Assembly (NCBI RefSeq): GCF_006345805.1
Contig: NC_043000.1
Location: forward strand, 76,508,001 to 76,572,000
Source: Octopus sinensis
Taxonomy: Eukaryota
Direction of reading: 5' to 3'
DNA length: 64,000 bases
Made by a program: the position numbers and the translations under genes. Below, one piece after another: positions 21,086 to 35,176 of this stretch (the stretch's first letter is position 1; each line of letters starts with the position of its first letter). The notes below the pieces were generated by a model that made no database searches, had not been told where the DNA came from, and saw only the letters and a program-made list of their open reading frames with translations.

Positions 21086-24000
21086 TTAAACAGGTTCTTT
21101 CACTCGCAACATACTTGCCATATACTTCCATCTTTTACGAAACACACTTTGCGACAGGCATTTCTTCTCCAGCCTTATTTTCCGTTTCATGTGGAAAACG
21201 AAAAAGTCGATTAGCTCGAGACTGGAGATGAACATGCCTGTTGCAATTCCTTTCACTCTCGTCTTTCATACTACTTCTTTCGCCATAGCAACTACCGAAA
21301 GAAAACAGGCTTGCTCCTCCCTATTCAGGAAGGTCGGGGGAACTATCTTAATTACAGATTCGCTCGACAGTTGTACTCTTCTCGAATGCGACAGGAGGTG
21401 TTCGACATAAGTCCAGAGTTTAGTCACCTTGGGGCATTGCACAACCGCGTGCAGGACAGTTTCACTGTCCCTCTTACATCTTGCACAAACCGGCGAAGGT
21501 GCACACTCATGTCTAAAGAGCTTATCTCGAACCGGTAAAGCTCCTCTGTAACATTGCCAGGCCAGGGACTTTTGGTAATTATCCATAGGCCCCGGACCGA
21601 ATGTTCTTTGGAACAGGCTGGCCGGTTGATTTTCGTTCGAAGCCCAGAGTTTCTCCCAGGACGTCGTCACACTTAAACTCTACTAACCCTCTATAGAAGA
21701 ACGAGGTAGTAGCCCCGCCACCAGCGTTGCCCGACTGGGAGAGAAGCACGAGTGCCTCATAGCACTCTGCATGCCACATGCCCAACCTCGGTCTACACTT
21801 GATCCATGGGTTCAGTTCGTTAAACGATGTGAACTGTGGAAATAACAGCTTGACGAACGGAGACCATACCTGCTCACCGTCCAGGTAAATCCAGAGGTGC
21901 CTAAGCCTGAGCGCATGTCTGCGCATTTTTAGCCACGGCATCCCTAATCCACCCTTCAGCGGCTTTTGGCAGCAAATAGAGCGCCTTACAAGAGGTCTGC
22001 TGACCCTCCACAAAAAGCGAAAGAGCATACGTTCCAGTTTGTTCAGCCACGAATCGGGGCAAGGCACTACGGTCAGGCGGTAAGTGATTACAGAGGCGAT
22101 AAACACTTCTGCAACCTCCGCCCTCCCTTTCAAGGACAGCTTCCGCTCAGACCATGTCTGAGTTAGGAGAGCCACCTTTCTCGCCACCTCGCTCCAGTTC
22201 TTCTCTATCTGGAGATCTGGACCTAACCAGATCCCAAGCATTTTTACCGGTCCTTCCGTCCAACGTCCTACGACGCTGTCGGAAGACATCGACTTGCTCC
22301 TCCAGGTGCCGAGTTGCAAGCCGACCGATTTATCCCGGTTGACTTTCGCTCCTGCCACCGCTTCGTAGTCCCTTAAGGCTTCACCCACCCACTGTAGGTG
22401 CTCGACTCGGGAAACGATGACGGTGATGTCGTCCGCATACGCCGAAGCTGAATTTCCGCACCCTAGATCTTGCGGAGTGCCTCTCATAATTTCCAACCTC
22501 CTCAGCAACGGCTCGAGGGCCAAAACGTAGAGAAGCGGGAATAGAGGACACCCTTGACGTGCCGAACGTTCAATGCTGAACGGCTCCGAAAGGAAACCAT
22601 TTACTCGAACAACCGATTCGATGTTGCTGTATAAAGCGATGATCCAACCGCGGAAGGTCGGGCCGAAGCCAGCCGCCGCGAGAACCGCCGCCAGATACTG
22701 ATGGTCCACCCTATCAAACGCTTTCGATTTGTCCAAGTGGACCATAGGCCCACCCTTGCCAGGAATCCTATTTACCCTTTCTAAGGCATAGCGTAGAAAG
22801 TGGAGATTGTCGTGGATGGTCTTTCCAGAGATGGCGCAACTTTGCGCCTCGCCAACAAGTTCACCCACGACACTCGCCAACCTTTTTGCTAAGACCTTGG
22901 CCAAGATCTTCAACTCTGCGTTAAGCAGAGTGATAGGCCGGAAATTATCAATTAAATCCCCCTTGTTTGGGTCCTTTCTTAACAGCGCTACCACCCCTCG
23001 GCTCACAGACTTAGGAATTCTCCCGTTCTGCTGCCAGTTGGTGTACACGCATGCAAATAGGTGCCCAAACAAGTCTGGCATGCTACTATAGAGTTCGTAA
23101 GGCAGACCATCGAGTCCCGGCGATTTGTCCCCGCCGCAGTCTGCCAACATATCCTCGACTTCTTTGGCTGTGATCGGCGCCTCACAAGATTCCTAGCCGG
23201 CCCCGAAAGACGCGGCTAGGAAGTCTGCGGCGAGCTTCTCCCCGCGCTCCAGCCCGCCGCTCCTCCCGAATAGCTGGGCGAAATGATCATGAAACACCTT
23301 GCACATCTCCTCGGGTTCGTTTACTAATCGACCATTTGGGCCCGTCAAGGATCGAATGGTTGAGTTGTTGCCACGCTGGCCCTCTACCACCCGGGCCCAT
23401 CCGGCTGCGTTGATCCCTTCCTGTCTCATTGCGCGGATCTTAGCCCTGACAATGCACCCTTCATGTTTAGCTTTGAGATGTTGGTCGAGTGCTAACCTCG
23501 CCGCTAACACTTTCGATGCACTGCCTGACCTCATTGCCTCCTCTATTGCCTTAACTAGTTCCTTTTCTACTTTGTTTCTAGCACTAGCTAGTTCTTTGCT
23601 AAACCTAATTGACTCAAATTTGATGGCTCTTTTCAGGGCGTACCACCATTTGTTGTTGATAATGGATCCGGTTAACGCCCTCATTACTAATTGTTTAATC
23701 TGATTCCTGTAGGCTTCACAGTCCAATAGTGACTTGTTTAGCTTCCAGTCCAATAGTACCTCGTCTACACATGCTATCTATGTCGAGCGTACAGGTCACT
23801 AATTTGTGATCGCTGTAGCTGGCGATATGGTGTTGTGGACAGCTAAGTATTTTCTCATCTTTCCTTCTAGTTATGATTCTATCGATATAAGATCTGGACG
23901 ACCCGTCGTTTCTTGCCCAGGTCCACGCTGGAGTGTCTGGATGGTCCAGTCTGAATCGATCTGCCAATTCGAAACGACTTAGCATATCGTTGAGGTGAGG

Positions 24001-24497
24001 TAATCCCCTCCTATTCTTTCTCGAGCCAATGTAATCTACGCTTGCATCGCAAATTATGTTGAAGTCACCTAGCAATACTAACGTGTTCGACGTGCCAAGA
24101 AAATTCTCTAGGCTTTTGAAATACTCTTTCTGCCTGTCTTTTCCTTCGCAGGGAGCATAGACAGCGACCAGCCTGAACACTTTACCACTGCTGTGCGTCA
24201 CATCCAAAACCACCAACCTGCCTTCCGGATCTATAAAGACAGTTCTAATCTCTAAATCCAGGTTTTTCCTGACCAGCACTGCCACTCCTCCTCCCCCTCC
24301 AGTTTGACAGGGAGAAATGTATTTCTCATAGCCGTTTAGAAGGGGCGAAAAAGCCTGCAGCCCACTCAGTATGGATTCAGTAATTACCACTACATCCAAA
24401 CGATGCGACCTAAGGTCGTTAAGGAGGTAGCCTTGCTTCCAATACGACCCCCGGCCGCGAATATTTATACAACCGAGTTTAAACGAGAATGTGAAAA
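21086..24497 (-). pseudogene. Tx1 ORF2 (APE endonuclease-reverse transcriptase), broken by ~3 frameshifts and a stop
   Basis: GCINIRG...LGDFN...SDH (APE); KSPGLDG, RPITLLNAELKIL, KAFDRVDH, QGCPL, AYADD (RT); CARC...H...C. Frame changes near 23750, 23190 and 21650. No ATG at the start of the open frame. Confidence 0.9.
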
Positions 24498-24517
24498 TTT
24501 AGTCGAATGTTTAAAAC

Positions 24518-26012
24518 TTACTGTTTTAACAGAAGAGAGGGTGTAGTTTCACCCTCCTCTTTTCTGTCTGTGAGTGTTGTGTTTTGCGAGGTCAGCTTTT
24601 TTGCGAATTGCCTGTACAGATGGCTTGAAAAGTTCATCTGTAACGGGCCGACGTCCTCCGCAAAAGATTTTTTTATTTCAAAATAATCAGCGTTATCTAT
24701 TGTATAAAATTCTACATTTTCAGATATAATACTATTTATATCTGTTGCGATATATTTTTTCGCCGATTTCAGTAAAATAATTTTTTCCCTTAATGGGTTA
24801 TTGTTTTTATTTATCGCCGTGAAGGTGTTTCTTTTTTTTTTGTTAGGTGATTGTGGAGGGGTGTGTGTGTGTGTGTTTGTGTGTGCTTTTTCCAGTGTGT
24901 GTGTTTTTTTGGCTACGTGTGTGTTTGCGACTGTATTTGTGGGTGTGGGTGTGCTTGTCTGTCTCGGAGTATAGTCCTGTGTATCCGAAGAGGGTGAATT
25001 TTTCCGTTTCCGTCTTCTTTTTGAAGGTTCTATGGTGACCCACTCCTGGATGTTGTTGTTTTCTCCCGTTGTCGGCTGAATTTCGGCAATTGGGGCGCGC
25101 GACGTGGCTGCTATTTCTAGCGGTGTAGTTATTTTCGGCGTCGTGCTTGCCTCTGCAGTATTTTCTTTGGCTGTCTTCTTGCAGCTCGACCTTATGTGGC
25201 CTTTCTCGCCACATTTATAACACCTAGGTTTTCTTCCCTCGACTATTACCATCAAGGTGGTATTATCTCCAATGGTGAGGGAGCTTGGCAATTTTTCCAA
25301 GTCCGAGGGGTTCGCTTGGATCACAAGTTCTAAGTCTTGTCCATACCAGGTCGTGGGGCGGTATCTTTTAGACTGAAGAATGGCAATTTCTTCCTCTTTG
25401 CCTAAGAGAATCGCTGCTATTATAAAGTCCACATCGATTTCGGGCGGAATGTCCCTGACTGTTATCCTGGAAGTTCTCATTCCTAAATAAAAAGGTAAAA
25501 GAACTACCTCGTCTGACTTCAACGTTCTTGTTGAATGTTCCCTAGCTATTTCTTCGCTAGGGAAACGCACCTCTACCGTGCCGAAGCGACTACCCCTTGT
25601 TATATACGTAGTTTGTTGCCATATCGGCCTCAAACATTTTTCAATGGCTTCTCTCTGCACGAAGTCAATTTTCTTATTTGACAGTTTTTCTCTCCGTCGC
25701 GTAAATTAATTCACTGGGAGGGAACAACTTCACATTATCACCTTCTTTTTTTAGTAGTCCTTGGTATTTCTTTAATTCTTCCTTGTTAATGACTATATTT
25801 TCACAGGGGCGAGTTGCTGCACTCGCAAAATTTATTTTTGACTTTTCTTGTTGTTTAGTAGCTTCACCAGACATATTGTCGTCTGCTTTTGTAACGAGCG
25901 CGTGAGACGTCTCTTTACTTTTACCTTCCTCCTCCCGCATTTTCGCCTTCATGCCTTCAAACAAATTTTCAACGTTTTCCTCCGACTCGGAGGAGATTGG
26001 TTGCAAATTCAT
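24518..26012 (-). pseudogene. Tx1 ORF1 (gag-like, zinc knuckle) with one frameshift near 25670
   Basis: Likely start MNLQPISS at 26012; CYKCGEKGHIRSSC knuckle in the 24518..25660 frame. Confidence 0.85.
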
Positions 26013-26201
26013 ATTTTTCGTCGCTTCCCCCTTGAAACAAGGGGGAAAGAACAGCAGAACTCTGCTGCAACAGCAGAAAAGAAGTGGCCTCGACGACCAA
26101 AACAGCAAATTTTCAAACTTTTCAGCACAAAAACAATCTTTCACTGCGGAGCAAAGAATAACACGACCGATCAGAGAGAGAGAGAGAGAGGGGGAGAGAG
26201 A

Positions 26202-26302
<101 letters not shown>

Positions 26303-26849
26303 CGTTCCTGCGTAGTGATCGGCGGCTATGATATTTCACTATGCAACTTCTCACTCCTGTCTCTCACTTGTTCACTTGCGCCGTTCTAACAAACATCACT
26401 TGTCTATCTTTTTCTTACTGCTACAAAGACAAGAACATTATACACTCTCATACAAAGAAAAATTAACTTTCGATTATTTTATACACGCCTGCCCGTCGTG
26501 GTTTGACAATGCATATTAAGTAACGGTAAATAAAATTTGGAGTTAACATAAACTTCGACCAGTCCTTCTTTCCTTGAAGTCTAATACATCGACATTCACA
26601 AAACTATTTTTTGGCTTAAATAACTGCCCCTGGACGGTAATATGCACGTACAATTTTTCACCTAGGAAAAACAAAGATATTCTCAAAAACCATATTTATT
26701 TTATACAATTCTATTGAACTTATATCGTTTCAATTATCAGATATATAGACACAAAGATAAAAATATTCTGAAGTTAACAATGGATCTATTAGGAAATATT
26801 GAAAATTAAACTGTTGAAAGCATGAATAGAAGCCTCATATGAACAAATA

Positions 26850-28260
26850 ATGTCCTTGGGCATTTTTGGTAGAATAATAACCGAATTGTTTCAAGTTAAA
26901 TATCACGAATTTCTTCATTTGTTGCTTGGCCATAATTCACATCAGAGCAACTTTCATTTACTTGTATCTCATCTTCTTCAATTTTGTCATTATGTGCATC
27001 TAATGCATTTATCTCAAGGCCAGACAAAACATCATGTAAGCGTTAGTTTAAGAGGCTATGTTCTGCAGTCGTTTCACGAGGAGCAAATTCCACAACATTC
27101 AAAAGCACGCTTTATAGTTTCTTTATTTAAAGTGGCAACAGGTTGGGTCACAAAGTTCACTATCTCCTGATAAGAAGGTTTTTTGCGATATCCTTTATTT
27201 GTATACTTCTTTTTGCCAATTGAAAACCATTTCTCCCATTCAGCACGAATGGTTTTCTTGAAAGGACCAATAATTAATACATCTAACGGCTGCAAGTAAG
27301 ATGCTGTTTTAGGAGGTATAAGTTTGAGAATTGTATTCCTACGTTTGAACACTTCTAGGAGCTCTGGTTTCTTGTGCACTGAGCATTCATTCATGAATAG
27401 CACTGAATGTTGAGAATGGCATGCTGTTCTCTGCCTAAACACTTTTTCAGCCCACAGCTGCATGAGTTCATATGTAATTGATCCCCTGTTGGAGACTGTT
27501 AAGTAAATATTCTTTGGGACCTTGATTTTAGGCACGTTTTTCAATCCTTTAAGGATAATAATTGTTATCAACACCTTCCTGCAGCATTAACACACAACAC
27601 AGCAGTAAAACGAGCTTTGGTAGCATCACAGTGGCTAGCGTCTACATTTTTATTGCCAACAAAGTCTATGGTTGTTGAACTCAACATGTCAACGTATACA
27701 GGTGTTGCATCCATATTATAAATCTGGCAGTATCCTTATCTGCTATTAATACTGGAATGCTATCAAGATAGTCACTGGCAATTTGTGCCTTTTCTCCAAG
27801 TGTTTTATAGTCTGCTTGACCAACATGTATAATCTTTCTCACAGTCAGTTTATTTCGATTCATGGAAATGAAAATCCATTTATCATAACATCTGACGCTG
27901 TTCATTTCAATTCCAAACCTTTTTACCAACTCAAAAGTATATTCCCGCAAATGGCGATAATTTACAATTATATTGTTTGTACGCTGAACAACAATCCACT
28001 GTAAGAGTTCAATCTCTAGATCTCTATGTGCTGGTCTTCTACTCCACCAATTGAACTGCGCCTTCTCTTTTCTGAAATATGGATTAACTCAGTTTCTTTT
28101 GTGCACCATTCTCTCAATCGTTTTCAATCAATGCCTGTCTCTTGACGCAGCAGGTAAATTGCCAGAATGTTCTTTCACTTGTTTAATAGCACTCAATTTT
28201 TCACTAATGGTATATGATATTGAACACATTTTGATATATTTACTTTCATATATCTACAGA
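26850..28260 (-). mobile_element. pogo/Tigger-type (HTH plus DDE_1) transposase relic
   Basis: NRNKLTVRKIIHVGQ; SVLFMNECSVHK...IPPKTASYLQPLDVLIIGPFK; multiple stops. Confidence 0.85.
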
Positions 28261-28299
28261 CGTAGATAAATTCGTCTAAACAGAATGCAAACAAGAACT

Positions 28300-30295
28300 C
28301 TAACTCTGTTTCAAATAACCGCCCATCCAAATAAATGCTCATGGGTGGATTTTCGGAAAACCCCGGTATCTTCTATTTTAAACTGTGACGAAATAGCTTT
28401 TATTTTAAACAAACCCATGCCGTGTGAAAACGAGCAAATGGTTAGAAAATATTTAAACCAAACAGATAGTGAACATGTATGGAAATGCAAATGTGGAAAA
28501 AAGTTGACCCAGAAAAAAGGAAATGGATGGACAAATTTTATGAATCACATAAAAAAACAGCATTCAGAGTGTTCTACTACACAAGCAACTGGACAACCAT
28601 CTTTATCGAGTTTTCTTTCACCAAGAAGTAGTTTGGCCAGTCATATTTATGGTTGGATTGAATGAGTATGTGTTGGTTTAAAACCATTTTCCTTTACTGA
28701 AGACCCCCTGACTCGTAAGTACACAAACTTGGGAAGTATGACAAATGTGACCTTAAAGAAATACATGGAGAAACTTACTCAAGAAGTGGAAAAGAAAATA
28801 TCTGATGAACTTCCAAGTAAATTTTCGTTGGTAATCGACGGTTGGACTAAGGGTTCGATGCATTTCATTGGACTTTTTGCATCTTATTCGTGCAATTATC
28901 AAAATGACTATTGTACTGTTTTTCGCCAATGGCAAGTGAAATATCATTCACTGCTTCTGATTATGTTGAATTTATAGAATATGTGATCAGTGTCTATAAC
29001 AAAAATTTAGAAAATGTTGTAGCTATTACCGGAGATAATACTGAAGTAAACAAATCTATAGCGAATTTGTGTAGAATACCATTGATTGGATGTGCCTCAC
29101 ATAAATTCAGTCTAGCTGTTTCTGCTTATTTCGACAAGCAGGAAGTTCTGTTTGATAAAATTAATATGTTGATGGGCAAGCTAAAATAATTAAAACTTGC
29201 GGGTAAACTTCGAGAACAATCGCCTTTGCAACCTATACAAAGAAATAAAGCCCGTTGATACAGTACTTATGATACGATTGAGAGGAACATCTAACTCAAG
29301 CCGTTTTTAGACTCTTTTCAAGTCAATCCAAAGCTGGTTGATTATCTGTTGACTCCACGCAGACTCTAAAAGACAGTTTAGGAAAGTTACGCTCAGTAAC
29401 AGTTGCCTTGCAAAGAACAGAAATAGATTTGGGAGATGCTCGAATTCTTTTTGACAAAATTCTCGCATTGTATCCTTACGAGGAATTTAAAAAATATTTG
29501 CCTCCATCGGCAGCCATTGTGCACGGCCCAAATTTTGAAAGTGGAGTAGTAAAAATTTTACAACATGCAGAAGCAGAGCTAACTGCGGATGAAGTGGCTG
29601 TTCTACATCAGCTGAAAGTGGTGACAGACTCGTCAAACAGTCTGATTCATTTGTAGATGATTTTGCTTCAATTTGTTTGAAAAACACGAAAAAGATAAAA
29701 TTCAATCTCAGCAATTACTGTAGATTTTTGTTACCAACGTCTAACATCTTGGAATGTTTCTTCAGCTTGGCAGGTTACGCTTTTAATGAATTTCGGCAAT
29801 ACTTAACACCAATGAATTTAGAATTGCAATTATTTCTGAAAGTCAATTGCGCTTTCTGGGATGAAGACCTAGTTTCAGAAATCTGCAATCGTTCGTGACC
29901 TTTTGCTATATTAGAACATTTTAATTGTGCTACTCGTTCAAGAAACTCTTTCAATTAAAGACCTTCAATTTATTTGTTTTTTAACTATTGTACAATGTAG
30001 ACTATACATGTTGTTTGTTCTTTATTCTAAATAAATAAAATTGAACTTTGAATGTTTTCTGATAATAAAGTTTTTGAAACTATGAGACGTGCCTTTTATT
30101 TTCCTATCATTTTGGCTCTTATCTAAATGGAAGCTAACACTCCAAAATATATGGTGTTTTTACGTTCGACAAAATAATTGACAATTAATTGCAATTAATT
30201 GCAATAATTGATTGACCTGTATCCCAATTAAAATTAATTCATTGCTAGGAAAATAATTGATTGGAAAGGTTCCACTCAATTATTTGCAATCCCTG
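28300..30295 (+). mobile_element. hAT transposon relic
   Basis: BED-like WKCKCGK...NFMNHIKKQH, IDGWT, TGDN...GCASHKFSL, LLPTSNILECFFS. 3' end ...tttgcaatccctg (CAGGG-type TIR). 5' TIR not found. Confidence 0.85.
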
Positions 30296-30789
30296 TACTA
30301 CTCGCATACAGCTAACACTTAGACCTTTAATAGATGCACTTTTGCAACTGTATTAAAGGATAATTAAGGCATTGTATTGGTATGTGGACGTTGTCACCTA
30401 CAAAATCCCCTTAAAGAGAACAATCTTCCTTAAAGTTCTAGGTGCATTTATTTTGGTATTTTATACATTATTTGATGTTTAGTTTTCAATTTTTAGGTAT
30501 TATGCGCTGCAATATATTTTTCCGAGTAACTGCTTGTCTCCTTCCACCTTCTCTTCAACACTACTCCCCACACCTCTCAACTGTTTATCATCTAGGCATG
30601 CTTTTTCCTCAAACCCAGTATATTACTAAATCCTTATCATGCCTTCCTCTCACCCATTACTCCCTTTTGAATTCCAAAGCTCCAAGACATACCTTCCCTT
30701 TTGCAACTGACACAAAACTTCAGTTGTCTCAACTTTGTCCAACCAAGTAGATGCCTGTATCTCTACGTAATCTCCAAATTCTACCTCCT

Positions 30790-32560
30790 GCAGTTTTTTC
30801 TCGACGCTGTGCAGCTATGGTCTCTAATTGTAAGGTACGTTTTTCCATAGCTCATGTCTTGGACGGAGCTGCAGCCCTAGGTCAAGATTAGGCATCTAAC
30901 ACCTGGAATGTTATTATGCTCACCGTCCTCTACCAGTCAGGCAATGTAGTTTGTAGAAGTTCCACTTTAACAATATATACTGGACTAGTATTGAGTTTCT
31001 TGAGGAAACTCTTGGTGTCGACGAGGACAAACTAACTGATCTGCTTCGAAGGACTTTTACGCTAGGGACTACTAAGGACAACATTCAGATAACCTTGGCC
31101 TAGCAGTGATACCAAAGAGCACTACCAATTCGAGATAAAATGTACAGGCACAGAAGTGCCGCCAAGCAGGATTGTTCGACATGTCTCTAAAGTGACGGAA
31201 CCAATGCTCGTGCACTGTCCAAGCATTGTTGGCTTGTGATGTTTTGTCGAACAGCTGTCGTCACGTGTAGGATACATCCTGCTACTGGCTGAGTTCATAA
31301 AGAAGATCGTCCACCTCCTGACTTTAACAAGATGAGGAAGGGTGAGTTCCTTTTCAGCCTAACCCTAATCCACTTTTCAAATCAGACACTGAGCACTTTA
31401 AGTGACACGTCTCTCCGGCGGCGACCTACGGTGCTATCGACGGTGCCTTTAGGTGTCGAACTGTAAGCCGTTTTGTCCGGATTTATCTTTACTCCTGTCA
31501 TCGCATCATATTTCTTTATGAGAGTGCCAAATACTTTCATTTCTGTGGTGCTCGATAACATTACGGTGATATCATCCTCATACACCGACATAGCTTTTTT
31601 GCGTCCCCACTCAAAATGGCTGCTCCTCAATAGTTCTTGCTCCTGCATCGATAGCTTTGGAGCCAGTGGGTATGGGAGAGATGAGAAAGGACACTCTTGA
31701 CGGACCGAGTGCATGATAGGAAAAGATTCCATTCACTTTGACCATCAAGCGAATGCTTCTATACATTGCTGTGATCCAGCGCCTGGAAACGGGTCTGAAA
31801 TCGATCGCTGTTAGAACTGCTGTCAAGTATTGGTCGACCATATCTAAAGCTTTCATTTGATTAGGCTCCCACCAAAGCCATATCTATTTTTCCCATCCCC
31901 TTTATGAGGTTTTCGTAGGTCCTGCTGGGGATCACACACATTTGAGCTTTTTGGACTACAAGACCCAACCTCTTTATTAACACCAGTCGAGCAATTTGTC
32001 TTGTGGAACTGCTCGCTCCTTAGTTGCTGTTATTGGTCTTTGGCAGGGCCCTGCGTTGTCCGTCGAGGGCTTTGGTAGGCTGTCAGAACAGATATTAAAA
32101 TTTATAACCAACTTTTTGATATATCGCTTGCTTCGGACAGTCGAAGAAAATACTGCTGGAATGCCATACACATCTGCTTATAATCGAGTAACACTTGTTA
32201 CTCCTGGTCTGTCACAGACTGAATTGTAGCTTTGTTGTCACGTCACGCCTCCACCACCTGAGCTCTTTGAACGTCTTTTGTTCCCTCTTGTTTTAGCGCA
32301 CGAGCCCTGACAACCCAACCTTTATGTTTCGCGTTGAAGAAATAGTCGAGGACCATTCTTGCTCGTCGGTTCTAATCGCCTGTTCTAGTTTTCTAATTAG
32401 CTCATCCTCTAATTTATTTCTCTCTAATTTACATCTCTAGCACTGGCTGTTTACTAAACGCTATCGATTATAATTGCTCTTTTCAAGGGTGACCCACCAC
32501 ATGTTGTTGACCATTGCTCCTGTCGACTGCAGTCCCTGCAATCTTTACACCACGGGATAC
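30790..32560. mobile_element. Old degenerate Tx1-like ORF2 fragment with an internal inversion
   Basis: RT part on minus (31370-32560: SVRQECP, SVYEDDITV, KINPDK). Downstream part on plus (30790-31365: FLDAVQLWS, RALPIRDKMYRH). Confidence 0.75.
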
Positions 32561-32667
32561 ACGAATTCAACTTCCAGTAACCAAGTCCCATCTAAGTCGA
32601 CTGTGTAACTGATCAGCTTAAAATGTGGGCACTCTACACTATATCTGCTGTAGGAAATACGACCGTA

Positions 32668-33874
32668 TGTGGAGGTTGGCGACATAGGTAAGTCACACGG
32701 TCGCATCCCTAACGAAATAAGCTAAGCCATAAATACAATTTATACAATGCAGTGCCAACAGAATATAGATGAATTGACGACAAGCCGTTCCACTGTTTGA
32801 GAGAAGATAAGATTTTATTTACAATGGTGTTAATGTTAGAAGGTTGTGAGTGCTAGCAAGTGTGTGTGTGTGTGTGTGTGTGTGCATGCAACACGTGTTT
32901 GTGTCTGTGTGTTCGTGTGTGTGACAGATACAATAAGGGTGAAAGCGTGTGACATAGTAGGTACAGAGCATAGAGTTAATGATGGAAATTGGTTTACAGT
33001 TCATAAGGTACACGATATGTAAGCGTTCAATATCAAGATGTGTCTCGGGCGGAGGCCGGTTGGGCGAATTATTGTCGAGCTGCGGTCGTGGTCTCAATCG
33101 GCGAGCGGGTTCTCTTAATATAGTATTCTTCAGACGGACTGTTTCTACTTGGTGAAGGGATTCACTCTAACAGTGTGGTTCTGTGAAGTTGGTGTGTACA
33201 TGTCTGAAGTGGACGATGGTGATGGCGACTTGAAGTTGGTACAATGATGGTGACGACGGCGGCGGAGATAGAAGGCTTTCTGTGGTGAGTGTACATTAGC
33301 GTCGTCGTGGGTGATCGTCTGTCGCTGTGACTGGAACATGTTGAGTAGCTCTGTGGTCAGAGGTTTAGTTGAGTCACTTGTTGTGCTTATTTTTCTCTTG
33401 ATATAGATATTCTTTCAGATATATATACTGCAACTGTTTTTCCGTGGTGAGATTTTCACACTAACAGCATGAGTTGAATCTGTAGTTATCTTGTGTACCA
33501 GTTAAATCTTCGTAGATAGAGACGATGTTGGTGATGACGTTATGTCTGTCGCTTGGTTTACTATAGCGTCTTCATATTATGTTTTGCTTGGTTGTCGTCT
33601 GCCTTTCGAACTGGAACATGGTTGAGTATGCTCTGTGTGGTCTCCGACTAAGACCTTAAAAGGTCTTAAGCCAAAAGACAGTGAATCGTGATATATCAGC
33701 CTATTTAAAGAGTTGAGATGGCTCAAATGAAAAGTCCTATTCAAAAGCCGTGATTGGTCAGTTTACACACTGGCGCGAAGTAAGTAGAGAGACAAACCGC
33801 GCTTAGATGCTAACCAATCAAAATAGTGGACACAACAACGTTAAACTAGCCAAAGATATTTGTAATCTCAAACG
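32668..33874. mobile_element. Unclassified ~1.2-kb interspersed repeat, solo-LTR-like
   Basis: Begins TGTGG; CCAAT boxes at 33750-33820; internal duplicated motif (33329, 33608). No TSD or clean CA end found. Confidence 0.3.
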
Positions 33875-34267
33875 AGATCATTCTTAATATTTTTCTCAAA
33901 CAGTGAAGATAGCAATGAAGAAAACAATATTGCTACACTGCTAACCTAACAAACGCTTTGAGTAGGTACGACCTCGCTGACTCATTGTGATTACTTCTTG
34001 TCAACAGTGGTATATTTGGGATATTTAGTCAGTACTTGTCAGTCAGTTGGAATCGTCTGAGCTGATTCACGCAGTTTTTCAATCCTCTTCTTTGAGATAT
34101 GCGCACACAATTCCATCAAGCGTCAAAAGTAAGTATTAGAGACAGCAACTGTTTCATAATTTTATGATTCATGCCGTCAAATGCAATTCCTAGATGAAAT
34201 TTCGACGAAGAATTTAATTAAGTGTATACTTCCACCCCACACCCCACATACACTCTTATATACATTC

Positions 34268-34299
<32 letters not shown>

Positions 34300-34523
34300 T
34301 GTATGTATGTATGTATGTATGTATGTATGTATGTATGCATGCATGCATGCATACATACACACAAACAGATACACATAAACAGACACTCACATATTCAACT
34401 CCTTACGCAAATTTCGCTCGCATATAGGAATAGATCCATGTATTCGTTATATAAATTACATAATCACATTACTGCTATCTCTCACCCACAAATATACATA
34501 TATTTCCTTCTATATACTTACAC

Positions 34524-34602
<79 letters not shown>

Positions 34603-34753
34603 GTCTGTCTGTCTGTCTGTCAGTCTGTCTGTCTCTTCCCTCTCTCCCTTTCTCTCTCCCCCTCTCTCTTCCCTCTCTCCTTTCCTCTCTCCCCCCTCTC
34701 TCCTTTCTCATCCCTCTCTCCCCTCTCTCTCTTTATATATGTATGTATGTATG

Positions 34754-34802
<49 letters not shown>

Positions 34803-35022
34803 CCGCGCGTATGAATGCTTTTGTATATATATACACATATTATTTACTGGTCTCATTACTCTATGATATTCTTTATTTGTATATTTGTTTTATGTTGTCA
34901 GGCGATATTTCTGTTCAAGGGAGATAGAAAGCCAGAAACGATGGAACAAGTCGAAACCAGTTATTCCCTCTGTTTGAGTGAGTTAGTTCACTGATTGGGA
35001 CCGTCATTGCTTTTCTTTAAAT

Positions 35023-35176
35023 ATGGTGGAAAATCAGCACGAACACGCTTCAACTATCAAACTCTCACATACAACGATCACAACGTCATCTAACTCGACA
35101 ACGTTGAGCTTTTTTTCGCGAGATCTATTTCAAATGCCAGAACAAAAGAAGACAGAATCACTCAATCTCCAAGTTG
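35023..35176 (+). CDS. Candidate coding exon (MVENQHEHAS...SLNLQV), unknown gene
   Basis: 51 open codons from an ATG to a strong phase-1 donor G|GTATGT, in non-repetitive sequence. Phase-compatible with the 57928 acceptor. Confidence 0.25.

Larger units (their letters stand above)
20865..26172 (-). mobile_element. Near full-length Tx1/L1-clade LINE (~5.3 kb) inserted in a (TC)n microsatellite
   Basis: ORF1 with CCHC knuckle; ORF2 with APE, RT and C-terminal CxxC...HxxxxC. (GA)n tracts at 20813-20864 and 26173-26298. The 3' end aataaagaaata has no poly(A). Confidence 0.93.

Noticed and set aside
33110-33150. CTGAAGA next to GAAACAGTC on minus
   Set aside because: Only 3 nt between site and core, and no stem II/GAAA downstream.
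34222-34927. Long ORFs of YVCM/YLSI/HT repeats (also 38098-39142, 53111-54850, 60360-61110)
   Set aside because: Translations of di- and tetranucleotide microsatellites.
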